A stretch of 64,000 bases of DNA, from assembly GCF_000143415.4 (NCBI RefSeq), contig NW_003314268.1:3844039-3908038 (forward strand), written 5' to 3'. This DNA comes from Selaginella moellendorffii. Taxonomy: Eukaryota; Plantae; Lycopodiophyta. Shown here piece by piece: positions 10,489 through 25,400 of this stretch. The position numbers and the translations under genes are program-made. Positions within the stretch are counted from its first letter, which is position 1, and each line of letters opens with the position of its first letter. The notes under the pieces were generated by a model. That model did not search any database. It saw only the letters and a list, made by a program, of their open reading frames with translations, and had not been told where the DNA came from.

Positions 10489-12053
10489 ATTGATTAAGAA
10501 AATCTATGCTTTATTATTTATGTTAAATTAAACAATTATGAATTATAAACTGGAGTATTTTTATAGTTTAGATTTTCTTTAATAAGTTCTGTTTTATATG
10601 TTGAAATTCACATACTTTACAATTTCTCACTTATGAGTTGTAGATACTTTTGAAAAGTTCACATGTATTTTAAGTTTTGGATTTTCTTTACAAGATTTTA
10701 CACTTTCTAAAAACATTTTAAGAAAAGGGGCCTAGTTCAGCTGTATATAAGAAAAATCATAAATATTTTATATTATAATGAATTTTTATAATACTATAAA
10801 AGGTTATTTTACCTTTTAAATATTTCTTTTTTATATGTTTTTTAAAATATTTTTTATTAAAAATTTAGAAATTAAGTTATACTTTTGTGAGGCCTGTAAA
10901 TATATATTCATATATAGATATATAACATCTCATTTGATCAATTCATTCTTGTATATAACTAAGGGTCTAATCCCTAATTAATATATTTATTCCTATATTA
11001 CATTGATGGTATTAGAGGGAAACATTTTTTTAATAAAGTTATGCACTTTGTTCATTCCATTAATCTATTATTAATTTATAAAAAACCCTATTTTTGCTCA
11101 TATATAGCTATATTATATAGCTTTTAATTTTTTTTAAAAAAATGGCCAAAATGTGTATATTTGATCAACAAATATTCCATGTTACATTTCTAAAGTAAAG
11201 AATACAATTTTTACATTTTGAGTGTAATTTTTAAAACTTCCAGGTATAGAGGTGTATGGAAGACACATCTATACTCATCACTAGGTACAAAAGAGCTCAA
11301 TACTATCCTCTTTAGTAGTGGCTGTTTCATTAGCTTCCACAATCTTATTGGTAGCAAGTATATTCCTCTAAAACTCTATTATGAGCAACCACCACAACTT
11401 CAAGACTGTCATGAGCAATATAATTGGCTACTTGGGATGAACAATATCCACCTCCTTACTTTTCTTCACAAAACTTATTGTAGGATTCTTTAATCATGTT
11501 CAAATGGAGACTCAAGCTTTACAAACCAAAGGATCTATTTAATGTTATTATCATGCTTAGCTTCTAATTGGAAAGTATTGATCAGGTTTGGCCATCCTTA
11601 AACACATTTTATATTAGTGATAAGTAAAAAATTATTATAAAAGTTTAAGAGTAATAAAATATCAACATTTAGATTAGCAAATATCCTAGAATATACTTAA
11701 ATATTCTAGGTGTATTCCTTACATAAGGATTTATCATATTTAGATACTTAGTTATAAATAAATATTAAATATAATAATTAATATTTTAAATAATATTTAA
11801 AAGAAACAAGGAATTTTTAATTATGTAGATAAATCATGATCTTTTAAAGTTTCTATAATAGTTTAATTGAAGTTCTAGATAATGTTTATGTAAAATATTA
11901 TTACTATTACTTTATTTTTTAGTTCCATATTTAGCAATTTTGTTTTAACAATATTTAAAAATAAAATAAAATATTAATTGTATTTCAGATTATTATTTTA
12001 AGTTTTATTGAAAATTAATGTGTGTGAGAAAGTTACTTCTCCATATATGGTTG

Positions 12054-12056
<3 letters not shown>

Positions 12057-12085
<29 letters not shown>
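12057..12085. repeat. (GA)n microsatellite
   Basis: About 14 GA units seen directly. Confidence 0.95.
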
Positions 12086-12088
<3 letters not shown>

Positions 12089-13010
12089 CCTACATGGATG
12101 AACAAAATTAAGAATAAGGAAATTGAGTTGGATCTTTTATTTGATGCAAATGACATAAATATTCCATGTGGACAAAGTAGTGGAAAATATGAAGAATTAT
12201 TGTCTATGTACTTTGTATAAGTTTATCCCTAGTTTACTGTGGGATAATGGCGTTTGAGCATGATTACCACAACAAACATGATGACATGGTTTGGGACCAT
12301 AACTATACCTCAAATCAAGAGAGTCCACGTCTCCCTGGGATCCTTTGGGCCAAGAGGGATCTCCCTAGTCTCCTGGAAAACTAAGTTGCTTTGCACCACT
12401 TGGCTATCTACCTGCGTAAAATGAAGGAGATTCAGGTGGCTCAAGCACAGGAAGTGTAGGAGGTAGGTAGAGATGATCCCTCTTGTTCTAAGTGGCCTTA
12501 TGCCTCTAGATGGGCGCTAACAAACCCCAAAAACATGTATTATTATTAAGGAGATTGATAGGAACTTGAATGAGCGAGTGAACACTTAGCATGAAGAATT
12601 AGAAACTTCGGTGCCTTTAAGCAAGGGAGGCAATCTTTGGGGTTGTTAATTCACTCAATGGTGGACAGTGGTAACAACGCTGTGGACATGGTATGCCTTT
12701 GACAAAAGCTGAGAATAAAAATTTGAGTGAGTGAAACTTAAGCCATTCATCAAAGATATATCTACTGTGAGAGGAGCTCAGGGGGATCCAAAGTGACTAT
12801 GGCTGCTCTTCTATCATTGGTGGAAAACAGTAGGAAGTCATACTTAAGACGGCTGTCAACTAATTCATTAAAATGTTATTAGGGTTTATCATTTATGGTC
12901 AATCGTCTGCTAGTGGAGTCTCCAACGCTGCCAATATTTTGGAGGATGCTGGCGATCCTTCCAAAGGTTGCGTTGTACCCTTTCTTGATCAAGAAGCCCG
13001 CATTTCTACG

Positions 13011-15026
13011 ATGCTCAAAGAGACTCTGATGCTTTCTCTTGTTTTGGCCCTCTTTGTGGCTGCAACACCATTGCTTGCATTCACCCCAGGTTTGCGTGCT
13101 TCCTCTAGCTCGGCATGGAAAGTTCCACTGGAAGAACGAAGAGCTTACTTCCAGCAACAAAAACTGGATCACTTCACACCGGAGGTTTGAGAAAAAAATC
13201 TCGTGCTATCTTAGGATTGTTTATTCTTTAGGATACAAGGACGTTTCCTCAGAAATACTTCGAGCTATTGGACTACTTTGAGCCTCAACGAGGGCCGATG
13301 TTCCTGGTTATGTGTGGAGAGACCTCATGCCCGGGAGGATACGCTCAACTCACATCTGTAGGGGTACGCTGGACAACAACATTTTTTTCTTCTCGCTATT
13401 TTAAACTTTTCTTCAGGATGTTGCGAAGGAGTTTGGAGCCGCTGTCGTGACCTTGGAGCACAGATTCTACGGTGAAAGCTCACCATTTCACAACCTCACA
13501 GTTGACAACCTCAAGTATCTCACGATCCAGCAATCTTTGCTGGATCACGCGGAGTTTATCGCTTTCTATCAGGTGAACCTCCTTTTGTCACGCTCTCAAC
13601 TCTCGTAAGATTCTTTTCTTTCAATTCTTCAGAAGGTAATCAATGCCAAGTTCCAGAAGGACGGAGACAATCCGTGGCTCGTGATCGGAGGTTCCTATGC
13701 GGGTGCTTTGAGTGCTTGGTTTAGACTGAAATTTCCGCACTTGGTGATTGGAAGCTGGGCCAGCTCTGCTGTGGTGCATCCGATCTTAAGCTACAGCGCT
13801 TACGACAGGCAGGTGATGAAAACTTGATTAATTATTTTTTTACCCTGATTCGCAGGCAGATGGGAATCACTGCTGGCCCAGAATGCAAGCGAGTGCTGCA
13901 GAATGTCACAAGCATTGTTGAGAAGGCTTTGCTAGAAAACGGAACCGCGATCAAATCTTTCTTTGATCCAAACGCTGTAAAGGTAAGTTTTTAGTGTTTT
14001 TTCTATCACTGAAGAAAGTAGTGTTGCTTTTGCAGCTGCAAGACGTCGATTTTCTGGCTTATGTGGCTGAGATAATAGCTGTTGCAGTAAGAAAAGAACT
14101 CCAACGCCATGTTTTTGTTCTTTCCTCTGATCTGTTCCGTTTTGCTACAATCCAGGCCCAAAGCGGACGGTTTAATCAGTTGTGTACTTCAGTACTCAAC
14201 GCAAGTGCTACTAACAATGCTACAAAGCTTCTGGTAACTAAATTCATCTTCCACGTACAATCACCCAACTGTTTCAAACAGGACGTATTTTCATCCTTCC
14301 CAACCGGCCCTGTAGATTTCTTCGACGTGGAACTACTGAGACTTTCAGTACAAGCTAACCAAAGTAGTGCAAGAGATCAATGGGCCTGGAAGTATCAAGT
14401 TTGCACGGAAATGGGACTCTTTCGAGTCTCTAGCGGACCAGATGGCTTGTTTTCTCTCCAAATCAACACACAGTAAGAGCAACCAAACATAGCAATTCCT
14501 TCGAAGAACAATATAACTCTCGATGTCTCAGGTACTACTTGGATCAGTGCTCGCAAATGTTTGGGCAGGGAATCCGACCGGACGTTACAACGACAAACCT
14601 GTTGTTTGGGGGAGCAAAGATTGCCGGTACTTCCATGTTTTTGAGTATTTCTTTTCTCATGGTTTGTTCTTGTAGGCTCCAAGATCATGTTTCTAAATGG
14701 ATCGGAGGACCCATGGCGGCATGCTTCGATCCAAAACATCACGTCTTCTTTTTCTGGTACACACATAGTCTTGCTAGAAGCGTTTGATCAATGGTTACTG
14801 TTTCTATTTCGCAGAGCCATCGTTTATGCTGGACTGCCACTCTTGTTCCCACGTCCAGGATTTCAAGACAGGGTGTGTGATAACAAGTAAGCCTCTTTTC
14901 GTTTTCTCCCCCAACTCCATAACTTTTCTACCAGATCCTCAAGAATGCGACATGCTAGACAAAGCTCGCGAGTTCATTCGCTTGCAAATTGGGAATTGGC
15001 TCCAGGAGTATATGAGCCAGCCCTAA
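13011..15026 (+). CDS. Serine carboxypeptidase S28 family (prolylcarboxypeptidase-like), multi-exon
   Basis: Signal peptide, FQQQKLDHF, LEHRFYGES, catalytic GGSYAG at ~13687, AWFRLKFPHL, WKYQVCTEMG, FLNGSEDPW and a C-terminal His region; stop at 15024-15026. Confidence 0.9.
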
Positions 15027-15070
15027 AAGAATCATTTTATGAATATTCTTTCAAATTTGAATTTTTTCTG

Positions 15071-17001
15071 TTAACACGATACATGGTGGCGGCAATTCAG
15101 GGGCCCCGCGAAGGCCGTCATGGCCGGCACCAACGCCGCAGGCCTCGCGGGGAGACTCGATGCCTTGGCATATACCGCGGCGCTTCCCGCGCCCGAGGGC
15201 CTGAAATACGCGCCGTTGATGTAACTGTCGCCCTCGGATCGCCAGTTCCACTTCATCCAGCTCCGCTCGCCCGCAAACTCTCGCTTGGTCACCTGACAAT
15301 GAGAGGAAGAACCCTAAATGTTAGCATTGTCAATCGTGCTGGAGTGCAAGCAAGTTTCTGTTTTGGGTGATGTACCTGCTTGGAGTTTACGTCGGCTGGC
15401 GCCACGAATCTGTTGCCCTGGCTGTTGATCGTCGGGTTTGCGCTGCCGCCGATCGCGTACATTCTCCAGTGCGTGTAGTGATTGTTGACGATGTGGAAGT
15501 ATCCATACCGGCACCTGTTGGGATGTCTCACGCGATCAAGAACACAAGAGAGAAATTGAAGAAAAAACGAATCACGCACCTGGGCATTCGCTGCACAAGC
15601 CCCTCCCCGAAGTGATTGAAAGCGATGGTGACTTGCATCATCTTGTCGAGGGTGTAGCTATCGCTGTGGCCGAGCAACATCACCTGGAGTGAGCCACAAG
15701 GAATCTCGTAAGCTTGCGTTCGATTACTTGCAGGAATTGGGCAGAAACTTCAGGCGAAGCAATCCAGCAAGCAATCCAACATGCCAGAAAACCAGAAGAA
15801 CGCAAGCAAAACGCATCCAAGCACCAAAATCCATGGGAAGCTTACCTTGTTGTGGTCGCGAAAGTAATTGTTTGAGATCGTGATCCCCGTGGATCCCATG
15901 ATCGCGTCGATGAGGCCGTCCGCGCAGTCGGCCAGGAAGCAGTGGTCGATCCACACGTCCCGGGAGCCGAAGATGGATATTCCGTCGCCGTCCGACACCG
16001 TCCGCCAGCCGACGTGGCCGGGCGAGCTCCTTACCATGGCCGGCCCCGTACGGCGGCAGCTGTGGATGCCGATTCCGTGCACGATGACGTTGCGGACGTA
16101 CTGCACGGTCAGGCACCCGCCGTACGCTATCCGTACCGCGTGCCCCCGGCCGTCGATCGTCTTGTGGCTGTTGACGATGAGCTCTTGGGAGAGGACGATG
16201 GTCATGTCGCGCGCGAAGATGATCCACAGTGGGCGGTCCTGGATGGCGCCGTAGCGCAGCGATCCGGGCCTCGGATTCACAGGATCGTCCGAGGGATCGG
16301 TGACCGTGTAGAAATCGCCGTCGCGGCCGCCGATGGTGTTCTTGCCGAAGCCGATGGCGCAGTCGGCCAGGCGCTTGCGGTGGGAGTGCCAGTGGGGATC
16401 GCAGCGCCAGCAATCGTCGATGGGGTTCCCGGTGGATCGGCAGCTCCGATCGCGCTGCTGTTGGTCGTCTTCTTGCCGCCCCCATTCTTGTTCTTGGTCT
16501 TGGATTAGGGTTCTTCTTCTTCTTTGATCGGCGTCATCGTCGTCATTACTCCTGCTGAAGAGATCGAGTGAGTTGGATGGAATGAATGCAGTAGGGCGGG
16601 ATCAATCAAGGCAAGGTTGGTTGATCGGTGGCTTGAGCACCGGTCATGAATGAAGGAAAGGAAGAACAGGGGAGTCGGAAATCCGGGAAATTCAGAGCTG
16701 GGCGATGATTTGGGCGACATGGGTCGTGGATTTTGGAAGCGTTTGAGACGATGGCTTGGAATCGGTGCTGAATTGTGGATGATTTTTCGAGCGTGGCATC
16801 AACCGTGAGAAACAGAGCAGGGAAGAGGAAGGAGGCAATGTGGACACACCTGATGGATTTTTGGTGATCATGCTGCTCAGCCACCGCTGCCACCGCTGCC
16901 GCCGCCGCTGGATTGGCAATGCTGGAAAGATTGAGCGCCGCCGAGGATCTCACGAACACGAACAGCAGGACGAGCGCGAGCCTCTTGCAGAAATCCTTCA
17001 T
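15071..17001 (-). CDS. Pectate lyase (polysaccharide lyase family 1)
   Basis: Signal peptide, [77 protein letters not shown] and WNWRSEGD. Confidence 0.95.
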
Positions 17002-17803
17002 CGATCTGAGACCTTCCTCGTCTTCCTTCTCTCAGTTTCTATCTCCTCTTTCGATTTTAAGAGGAGGGAGGAGCGAATGTATCACATCAATGGATCCAAC
17101 AACACCAGCGAGAGCAGAGGAGCGCTCTTGCAGCAGAGCGTTGTTGTTGCCAGGGAAACGAGGAAAGGAAGAAGCAAGAAAGAAAAATTAAAGGCAAAGA
17201 AAGAAAGCGCAGCGCAAAGAGCACAGGAGATGATCAATGCAATGCAGCAACCACTGCGCTCCTGCGAGAAAGGACCACAAATCACTGCCAGATCCCAACT
17301 GAAAAACAAACAAAATAAGACCAAAGCAAAAAGCGCAGCGCTCGCTTTCCTCTACTTTTTCTCTCTCCAATCTCTCTCCCCCCTCTCTCAAATCGCGAAG
17401 CGCGAAGAACAAAGAGAAGATCAATCAAGAACAAAACGAAGAACGAGCTCTCGATCGATCGCGTCGCCAAAGCTTCTAAAATATGAGCAACCAAGCAAGA
17501 ATCTAAACGTTTGCCAGCTAACACAGATGCTTTCTTCCAAGCCTCATGCTTTTCTTCCCTCCCTTGTTCTTGGAATATCATATACGGGGGCGCATATCCC
17601 ATCATACGATCCCTCGTAACGGGCATCTTTTCGTACGCCTCAAGAACACACAAGAAACCAAAAAAAAAGAGAGCTGGAATGGGACGTTTAGATGAATGCT
17701 TCGAGTACATATCAAGTCCAAAACTTTGAAGAAAGGAAAACATCACTCGCTAGAAACTAGTTGTCGAGATCTTCTTTTTTATCGGTTGCGTGGTGAGCTC
17801 TCT

Positions 17804-19081
17804 CTACTGTGACACTCCCAGCCACTTGGAGAAGTTCTCAAACTCCAAGTAATCACTGTCCGAGATCATCGTCTTGTACCACAAATTTCCAGCCTTGCTG
17901 ATCGCAGCCTTCTCTTCGGGGTTCTGCAGAAACATCGATCGCAAAAGAGTTAAGTCAGGCCGGAAAAGAGAGAAAAAAAGTTCTTTTTTGTTTACCTGGG
18001 CGCGCTTGGCTGCGAGCTTCTCCTCCTTGGCGTTCTTCCGCCGCTCCTCCATCATCTTCCGGGCGGTGCTGGCGTACGGGTTGAGCTTCACCATCGCGTT
18101 GAAGTTCTTGAGCGGGTTCCTCTTGAGCGGCGCCCTCTTCACGTCGGTGATCTTGGGCCTCACCACGCTCTGGATCTCGTCCGAGTTGATGATCCGCGAC
18201 AGGTCCGAGTTGGACATGATGGGACGCGGCAGCAGGTAGTTCTTCTTGAGCGCAGCCGGGGTGTCAAAGCTGCCAAAGATCTCGTCCAGTTTCTCAAAGG
18301 CACACTTGGTCCAGATGATGAACCGACCGAGGTGGCCGCCGGGGGCGAGCTGCAAAAGATTAAGACGATTCACGTTGCAAACCTCGATACCTGGGATGTT
18401 GGTGAAGGCCTTGACGAGCTTGGCCCCCTCGGTCCCGTAGATGATCAAGGGACCCCGGCGAGAAACATACCTCCGGTTGCGCATCTTTCCCTTACCGCAG
18501 CGGATGTTCCGGCTCTTCTTCACCTTCTCCACGTCCTCGTACGCGCCAAGCGTCTTGAGAGCCTTCACCGCCACCGAGGTCTTCTCGATCGACTCGAGGG
18601 CGTCGCTCACCACCAGCGGCACCTCGGGCACCTTCTCGATGCGGTGGCCGCGCGCGAGGAGCAGCGACGGGATCGCCGACGCCGCCAGAGCCGACACCAC
18701 CGCGTAGCGCTTGAGATTGATGTTGAGCTTGCGGTGCCAGCGGCGGTACGTCTTGGTGGGCGCAAACATCCGCCCACCGCGACACATGTTGCCGAAAGCT
18801 CCCTGACCGGCGCGGTGAGTTCCTCCACCCGGCACGCGAGGAATTCGCGACACAGCGCGGCCCGTGCCCCATGACTCGGCCGACGTCTGGTGCCCTGCCT
18901 TCTTGCTCACCGCGTATGGCTGGCGCTTGTTCTTGGCGATGCCAGTGTGGACTTGCCGCACCACATCTGGCCGGATCGGGGACTTGAACACTTCAGCGAG
19001 TGCCGCGGTGACCCCAGCCTTCGTCGGATCGCCAGCTTCCAGTACCTGGACGGAAACAGTCGGTCGAGCCGCAGCCGCCAT
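17804..19081 (-). CDS. RPL4: 60S ribosomal protein L4 (uL4), with one intron at ~17925-17995
   Basis: [48 protein letters not shown] and [10 protein letters not shown]. Confidence 0.97.
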   Translation of the reverse strand: MAAAARPTVSVQVLEAGDPTKAGVTAALAEVFKSPIRPDVVRQVHTGIAKNKRQPYAVSKKAGHQTSAESWGTGRAVSRIPRVPGGGTHRAGQGAFGNMCRGGRMFAPTKTYRRWHRKLNINLKRYAVVSALAASAIPSLLLARGHRIEKVPEVPLVVSDALESIEKTSVAVKALKTLGAYEDVEKVKKSRNIRCGKGKMRNRRYVSRRGPLIIYGTEGAKLVKAFTNIPGIEVCNVNRLNLLQLAPGGHLGRFIIWTKCAFEKLDEIFGSFDTPAALKKNYLLPRPIMSNSDLSRIINSDEIQSVVRPKITDVKRAPLKRNPLKNFNAMVKLNPYASTARKMMEERRKNAKEEKLAAKRAQVNKKELFFSLFRPDLTLLRSMFLQNPEEKAAISKAGNLWYKTMISDSDYLEFENFSKWLGVSQ

Positions 19082-19230
19082 CTCCTCCTCCCAAAACCCT
19101 GCTCCGCCGCTGGAAGAACCCTAATGCCAAGAACCCCAGATCGAACGGCTGAAGTTAAAGAGGATTATGCTCTATATTTAACTGTTAGGGCATTGCTAAG
19201 GTGCGTTGACTAGAGCTGACTAACGACATT

Positions 19231-22015
19231 TCAAAATTGCTTGTCAGTGTATAGGGCGGTGGCTTTGATCTTGTTGGACTTCGCCACATCCAAGTAAGGA
19301 TCCGAGAGGAATGCTTGATCGAACATCTCGATCGCTTCCACCCACTTCCCCTCGGCGACGTAAAGCAGTCCCAGATTGTTGCAAGCCGGGGCGTAGTTCG
19401 GGCAAATTCGCAGAGCCCTGTCGAAGGATTCGTGGGCCTCGGCAAATTTCTTCTGCTGCCTGTAGAGGTTTCCCAGGTTGGAGTGGAGACCGTAGGACTG
19501 GTTCTCGGGCATGAGGCTCAGCGCTCGCTTGTACACGGCCTCGGAGAGGGAGGGATCGTCGGACAAGTGGAGAGCTATGCCTGTGTAAACAACGAAGCTC
19601 GTCAAGGAAGAAAGACAAACAATGAAAAGTCGAGAGAACGCACCTAGATTCGACCAAGCCATTGCGAAAGTTCTTCGCCGAGCGATGGCCGATTTGAGAT
19701 AGCTTTGTGCTGCGACGAACTGCAAGGTACACAGAGTGTGCAAGCCCAGCTGATGCCATTTCAAAGCATCCTCTGGATCTTCCTCGATTGCCTGCGAATA
19801 TATCATCGCTCTTGTCACGAAGAAACAAAAGGAGAGAGTCGGAAGGAACTAGCTGAGAGCTTACCTGCTGGAGCGTATGAACTGCTCGTTCTTCCACATC
19901 TTTCGAGTCCATCACGCCACGATCGAAAGAAGCCGCGGATTCGTGCTGTGCCCGGTTCACCATCGCCAGTCCAGCCCATGCAAGATGAGGATGGAAAGTT
20001 CCTGGGTCTCCTTCTCTCAGGATAGAGGCCATCTCGTTTGCAGCCCACGACATTTGTTCCGATGGATCGTCTGATCTTTCGGCGTCTTTTATCCTGTGAG
20101 CGGCCACGGCATAACGAGTAGCTAGTCTGTGGGGCTCCAATCTGGAGGCCTGTGCTCAAAAAACAATGTTTTTGGCTTGGTGAAATAAAACATCGTACTT
20201 CTTACCTGTTCCAAACATTTGCTAGCGTTGGTAAAATCGCCCAGGACTTCATAAGCAGCAGCAAGATTGACCCAAGCCGAGCCAGCTTTCGGGTCTTCTT
20301 TCAAGCTGGTTTGCAAGTATAAACAAGCTGCGTGTGCGGCTTTTAGCTGTGTTGCATAAGCTCCGGTTTCTTTACTAGCTCCAGCTCCAGCTCCTGCAAT
20401 CCCTTGCCTCAGACAGCTTATTCGTTACCGCAGTAGATTGCTTACCAGGCAAAAAGGAACCGTGTTGTCGCACAAGTATTGCTCCATAGTTAATAAGTGC
20501 TCCAGGGTGGTACACATCTTTCTCCAAGACCGACTGCAAGCATCGGGCTGCATTGTCCAGCTCGCCACTGTAAGCAAAAAGCGAAAATCACACAGGAAGA
20601 GAAAAGCTCGAGTACCTTTGGAAATATGCAACTCCAAGGTTCGCAAGAGCGTCGAGAGAGTCCGGTAATATACTCAACAGGCTCGTAAAAACAGAGATTG
20701 CGCTCTGCGATTACCAGAAAATCAAACAAAGACTTGACGGATTGACACCAACGTTCTCACTTGAATGCGGCCAGTGTGCAATAAAAGGAGTCCCAAAGTG
20801 TTCCATATGGAAGCTTGGCCAGAGTCCTCAGGAACGGCTTCCTTCACTTTTGAGCCAATCAAACGCATATTTTCTTTGGAGAAATCCTTTCCAGGCGAGA
20901 TTTGCCCGCCGATCTTTCCCTGCAGAAGACACTGAAGAGAAAAAACGAAAACAATGAGCTTGGAGATGGCAAATCCATACAACATACCATACCTGCGCGT
21001 GATGGTTTTGTACCAAGGCCAACAACTGGGCTCTACCTTGGCGGCAAAGGTCATCGTCGGCTTGCTTTAGAATTTCTTGTGCTCTCTCAAAGGCGGGAAT
21101 TGCCTAGAATGAACATTTATCGGCTTTACGGTCGAAAGAGCAAAAAAGCAGAACTCACTTTTAGTGGTTGGTCGGAACGCTGGTACATCAGTCCCAGGAC
21201 GAAATGTGCGTGTGCATTCTTTGGTAGCTTTCGAGATACGTGCACAAGTCCCTGGAAACCAAGAGGATAAGAAACCAAAATCTCAGAAGAAACGTCCGGA
21301 CGCTTACAGCTTTTAAGCTCTTGATCTTTTCTTCCTTCACGTTCTGTACATTGCCAGGATACTCCAAGTCCCCATCCACGCCGGACTCGGACCACTTAGA
21401 TTTTGATCGAGACTTGAAAGTCTTCCCCGATTTCTTCCCTTCCTCATCCGCTGGACTGTCTTCCTTCAAAACTCGTCTTCTTCGTCTTTTCTCCTCTGGC
21501 CTGAAAACATAGAAAACAGAACGGTCCTTCACAGTTCTATCCAAACGGTAACAGTATGGGCTGTAAAACTTCTCCAAAGTCTTAGTTCTATGCCATTGGT
21601 TCTAGATTAGAGGAACTATAGTCTACTTGCGAAAGTCTTACCGAGCTTCACCTTCCTCCTCACCGTCGCTGGTGGGAGGCTCCACATTTAAATCGGCAAA
21701 CACTCCACTGCTGCCACGAACAATCGACCCTTCCTCCGATTCCTCCACTTTCTCATCGCCGCTGTTGTCAGCGGCGGCGCCGTCCTTGGCTTCCACGCAG
21801 CAAATCTGCTTGCTAAAATCCTGATGGTGCTGCTCGGGGGGCTCGGATTTCACACCTGGATTGTACTGCTGCTGCTTGGAAGTCGAAGACGAGGAAGAAA
21901 TCAGGCCGTGATGCTGGAGGGATTGATGGTGGAGCGCCTGCTGGTGGAGCGCTTGCTGGTGGAGCGCCTGTTCTTGCGCCTTGTTGATCCCTCGCTTGGA
22001 AGAGCCATCGGCCAT
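19231..22015 (-). CDS. Tetratricopeptide-repeat protein (At5g63200-like), multi-exon
   Basis: FADLNVEPP, HVSRKLPKNAHAHFVLGLMYQR, IWNTLGLLL, AWVNLAAAY, WHQLGL, SNLGNLYRQQK and ACNNLGLLY. Confidence 0.85.
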
Positions 22016-22417
22016 AGAGCCCTAGACAAAACCCGCAAGTAAAAACGAGAGCTCCTTAAAAAGGGGGAAAAGAAAAGGGGAAATATTGTTTGTGCTGTGA
22101 CGGCGGAATATTCGGTAAGATGAAACCTTCTTGCCGGCATTTTCATTTTCTAGGGTTTCCAGTGCTAGGGCGCGTAGATCGGCATCTCTCCCGGGGCGAT
22201 CGGGCTTGTGAGTAGCGCCGGAGTGGCAGTCTTCCTTGGGCAGCGCAGTGAGCGATCGATCGTTTTGCTCGCCCTCATGATGCGTCCAATCGAGCAATGC
22301 TCTCAAGAACCGCGGGCGTGGGAGCGCTGGTGCCAGTGGATGCGCACGGAGATGGTGAATGCGCGCCGCGGCAGCACCGGATAACTTGGCAAGGGTCTCA
22401 TTGGCATCGATTCGAGT

Positions 22418-25400
22418 ATGGGGTCGCTGGATTCGCAGTTCTTGCAAAATTCCTTCCAGGATTTCGACTACGCCAATGCTAATGGTAGCTACAACTCCTA
22501 CGCCGATCTTCTTCCTCTAGCGGCAACCCCAGTGGATCCGGCATACAATCCGCCTGCCTACAATCCCTTCGCCACAGGCTACGTTGCTGCCGATCAGGGA
22601 CACCCGCCGCGATACAATCCTCTCTCCCAGAGCCTGCCAGCGTTTCCATCCGTGTGCTACAGCGATCCTCTTGTGAATTATCCCGCTGGGCGTGGATACA
22701 ATCCGTTCGCTGAAGACTACGAGTTTTCAGAGCCGGAGGTGGGAATACCTGTTTACGAGCAGCAGCCTCTTCTAACGGGTCCTTACAATTATCTTCCAAA
22801 CAGAGCGTCCACACCTCCCAGCATTCGGCAGTATGCTCACGCTCTCCCGGGAGCTTATAGCTTTCCAGTCCAGCAGGAGTTTGATCAGCCCCGCGAGCTG
22901 GTTCCAGTTCCTCCTCCGAAAGATGCCGTTTTTCCTTACAATCCTCCGGCTGACACCTCAAACTCGCAACGATTGCTCTGGCTATCGGAAGAGGAGGCGG
23001 AGATCATCAGGTTGATTCGAGTTTCGCAAATGAAGGTACTTTATTTGCGTTGTTACGTTGTCTCTGATATCCTGTTCCAGGAGAATTTGAGATCTTCTGG
23101 ATTTTCCTTGTGCGAGGACCAACAGATTACTCCTGTTCTAAGTCCTAAGCTGGCTTCAGTACCAAATGCTGAGCAAACAGTCGAGAAAGCAGCACTGTGC
23201 ATAGAAAGTAAGACTTTCAATTTACCGGTTGGCGAACTGGTCTTGCCAACTTCAGCTGAAGTGGCTCGTCCAAGGGCTAGTTTTGGAAAGGATGTCAACC
23301 AGAAAGCACCCCAGAGAGCACCTCAGAAAACACAAGAAGTGCAAGAAAAGGCATTGGATTGTAGCTTCGAGAAAGTCGACATTGCAAAGATCGTTGATGA
23401 CGACCGGCAATGGATTGCAATGCAGAGACAGAAGATTACGGTGCGTCCCGAATGCTCATCACTTGTTGTGGTAACCACTGCGGTGATTTTGCAGGATATT
23501 ACGGAACGTAAAAAGCAGAATGCAGCAGCCTGTATACAAAGGCATTGGCGAGAACACCGTGTAAAGGTTCTGCGAAGACAAAAATCAAGGATGAAGAAAC
23601 GGAGTCCGGTTCCGCAGAAACCAAGCCCTACAAAGCCACCTAATGTATGAGCAATTCTTTTCTGCTTCTTGATCTTTCTCATTCCGTGCGACAGAATGTA
23701 AGACGACCAAGAGTATCCAAGCGGAGGCCTCCCACGATTCAAGAAGCAGCAAGGACTATCCAGCGCTCTTGGCGGGCGTGTTTTAGAAAGAAAAGACTGT
23801 TGAAGCCCAAGACGAAGGAAATTCTCCCGACTACATTGAAGGTGAACGAAGCCATCTTACAAATAGTTGTACTGAAAACTTTGTGCACTCTCAGGAGCTC
23901 TACGATGTAATCAAGCGGAGGCATGCCTCCAAAAACTTGAATCCTCCATCATACGGTACACACGCAGAGTAGGGGATTTCGATCAATGTGCTTACATCTA
24001 CTTCCAGGAAAGTTTGTAAGAATTTTGGAACGCGTGCATGCGTGCACTGAAGGCGCAAGAGTGAGGAGGCGATTGAAAACGAGAAGGTTACAAGCAGTCG
24101 TCAAGGAGATAAAGGTTTCAAAAATCGATGTGCTCGTTTCTAGAATTTGAATGTTCCTGGATTACAGGAAATAAGGTTCCTCTTGGAGGACATGCTGCAG
24201 GAAACGGCGCCAGGTTCTTCCGAGCTTGTGCTTCAGCTTTCGGGACAGCTGCAACAGAAGATCATACAGTTGCATACTGCCCTGCAAGGTAGTATTCTTC
24301 ATCTTGAATACTGGTCTTACCATTGGATTGCAACAGGTCCTGGAGATGCTGCTCGATATCTACTGCGACGTGGTCCAGCGACTCCTCTTGTCATTTATGG
24401 TTCTAGATCAACTTCTCCGACTTCACATCTTCAAAAGTCGGGGGAACAAGCTCAGATTCGTGTTATAGGAAATTCGCACACCGAAACTGGAGTTCCTTCT
24501 CTTAGGTGCTCACTTTTTACTGTCAACAAGTCGAGCGAGAAAGCGTCAGAAGGTTCGCAAGGCACAGGGAACACGCACAACCACCATCGGGTCCAGGTAC
24601 CTCAAAGTGACTACACAGTCAAACATTTGAAGAGGCCAGCAACTTGTTCAGAAGCTCCTAGGAAAGGCGCTCCCGTTCACGAGGAACGAGGAAAAACTCA
24701 AGAGGTTGAAAGATCGGGGATGAGCAAGAACGCTCGGTATTACTTCATGGAAAAGAACTTGGACTCTCAGCTTCCAGTGCCAAAGGCTGACACCGAAAAC
24801 GCCGTTGCCTCGAGGCTGTCACAATATTTAGTCACGCGGAGCAAGGAGCCTGATGACTATGGATACGAGAGCAGCATTAGAACCGTAGAGAGCGATGTCG
24901 AACAATCCGACCAAGAAAAGCCCAAGAGACCGTTTCTACGACGGAAGTCTATGGCAATGGCTCCACAAAAGCTAGATTGGTCTAAGGTATTTTTCTTTGT
25001 TATCACTCGTTTATTTTCTGGTTGTGACAACTTATATTGAAAGGTTAAGCCAATGGTCAGCTCAAGGTTGGAACCAGAGCTCAAGACGAAACTATACAGA
25101 AGTAAAGTCAAGGAGATTGCACGAAACGCGGCCTCGAAAAAGGTAGCAAGCTCTTCCAGCTTTGACATGCTTGATGTTTCGTTTTGTGTAGACGAACTAT
25201 AACAACGTCAAGAGCCGCCTCTTCAACTATGAGACAAGCTCCGCAGTGGACGCATCGGGAGGTTTGAGCACGGACAGGAGCATCGACGTAGAGTATGTTG
25301 AAGGTCTAACCAAGCAGAGCTACACGGAGATTCACACGCAAGTGGATATGAGTTGCAAGGAGGATTACTGGAGGCCAGAGTCAGCTAGCTCTACTGTTCC

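Noticed and set aside
12200-13010. Coding region or N-terminal extension of the S28 gene from ATG 12873
   Set aside because: The signal peptide starts at ATG 13011, and the upstream sequence has no recognisable motifs.
16840-17746. Long ORFs (259 aa on +, 154 aa on -) upstream of pectate lyase
   Set aside because: Low-complexity purine/pyrimidine-biased UTR/promoter sequence, partly antisense to a real exon.
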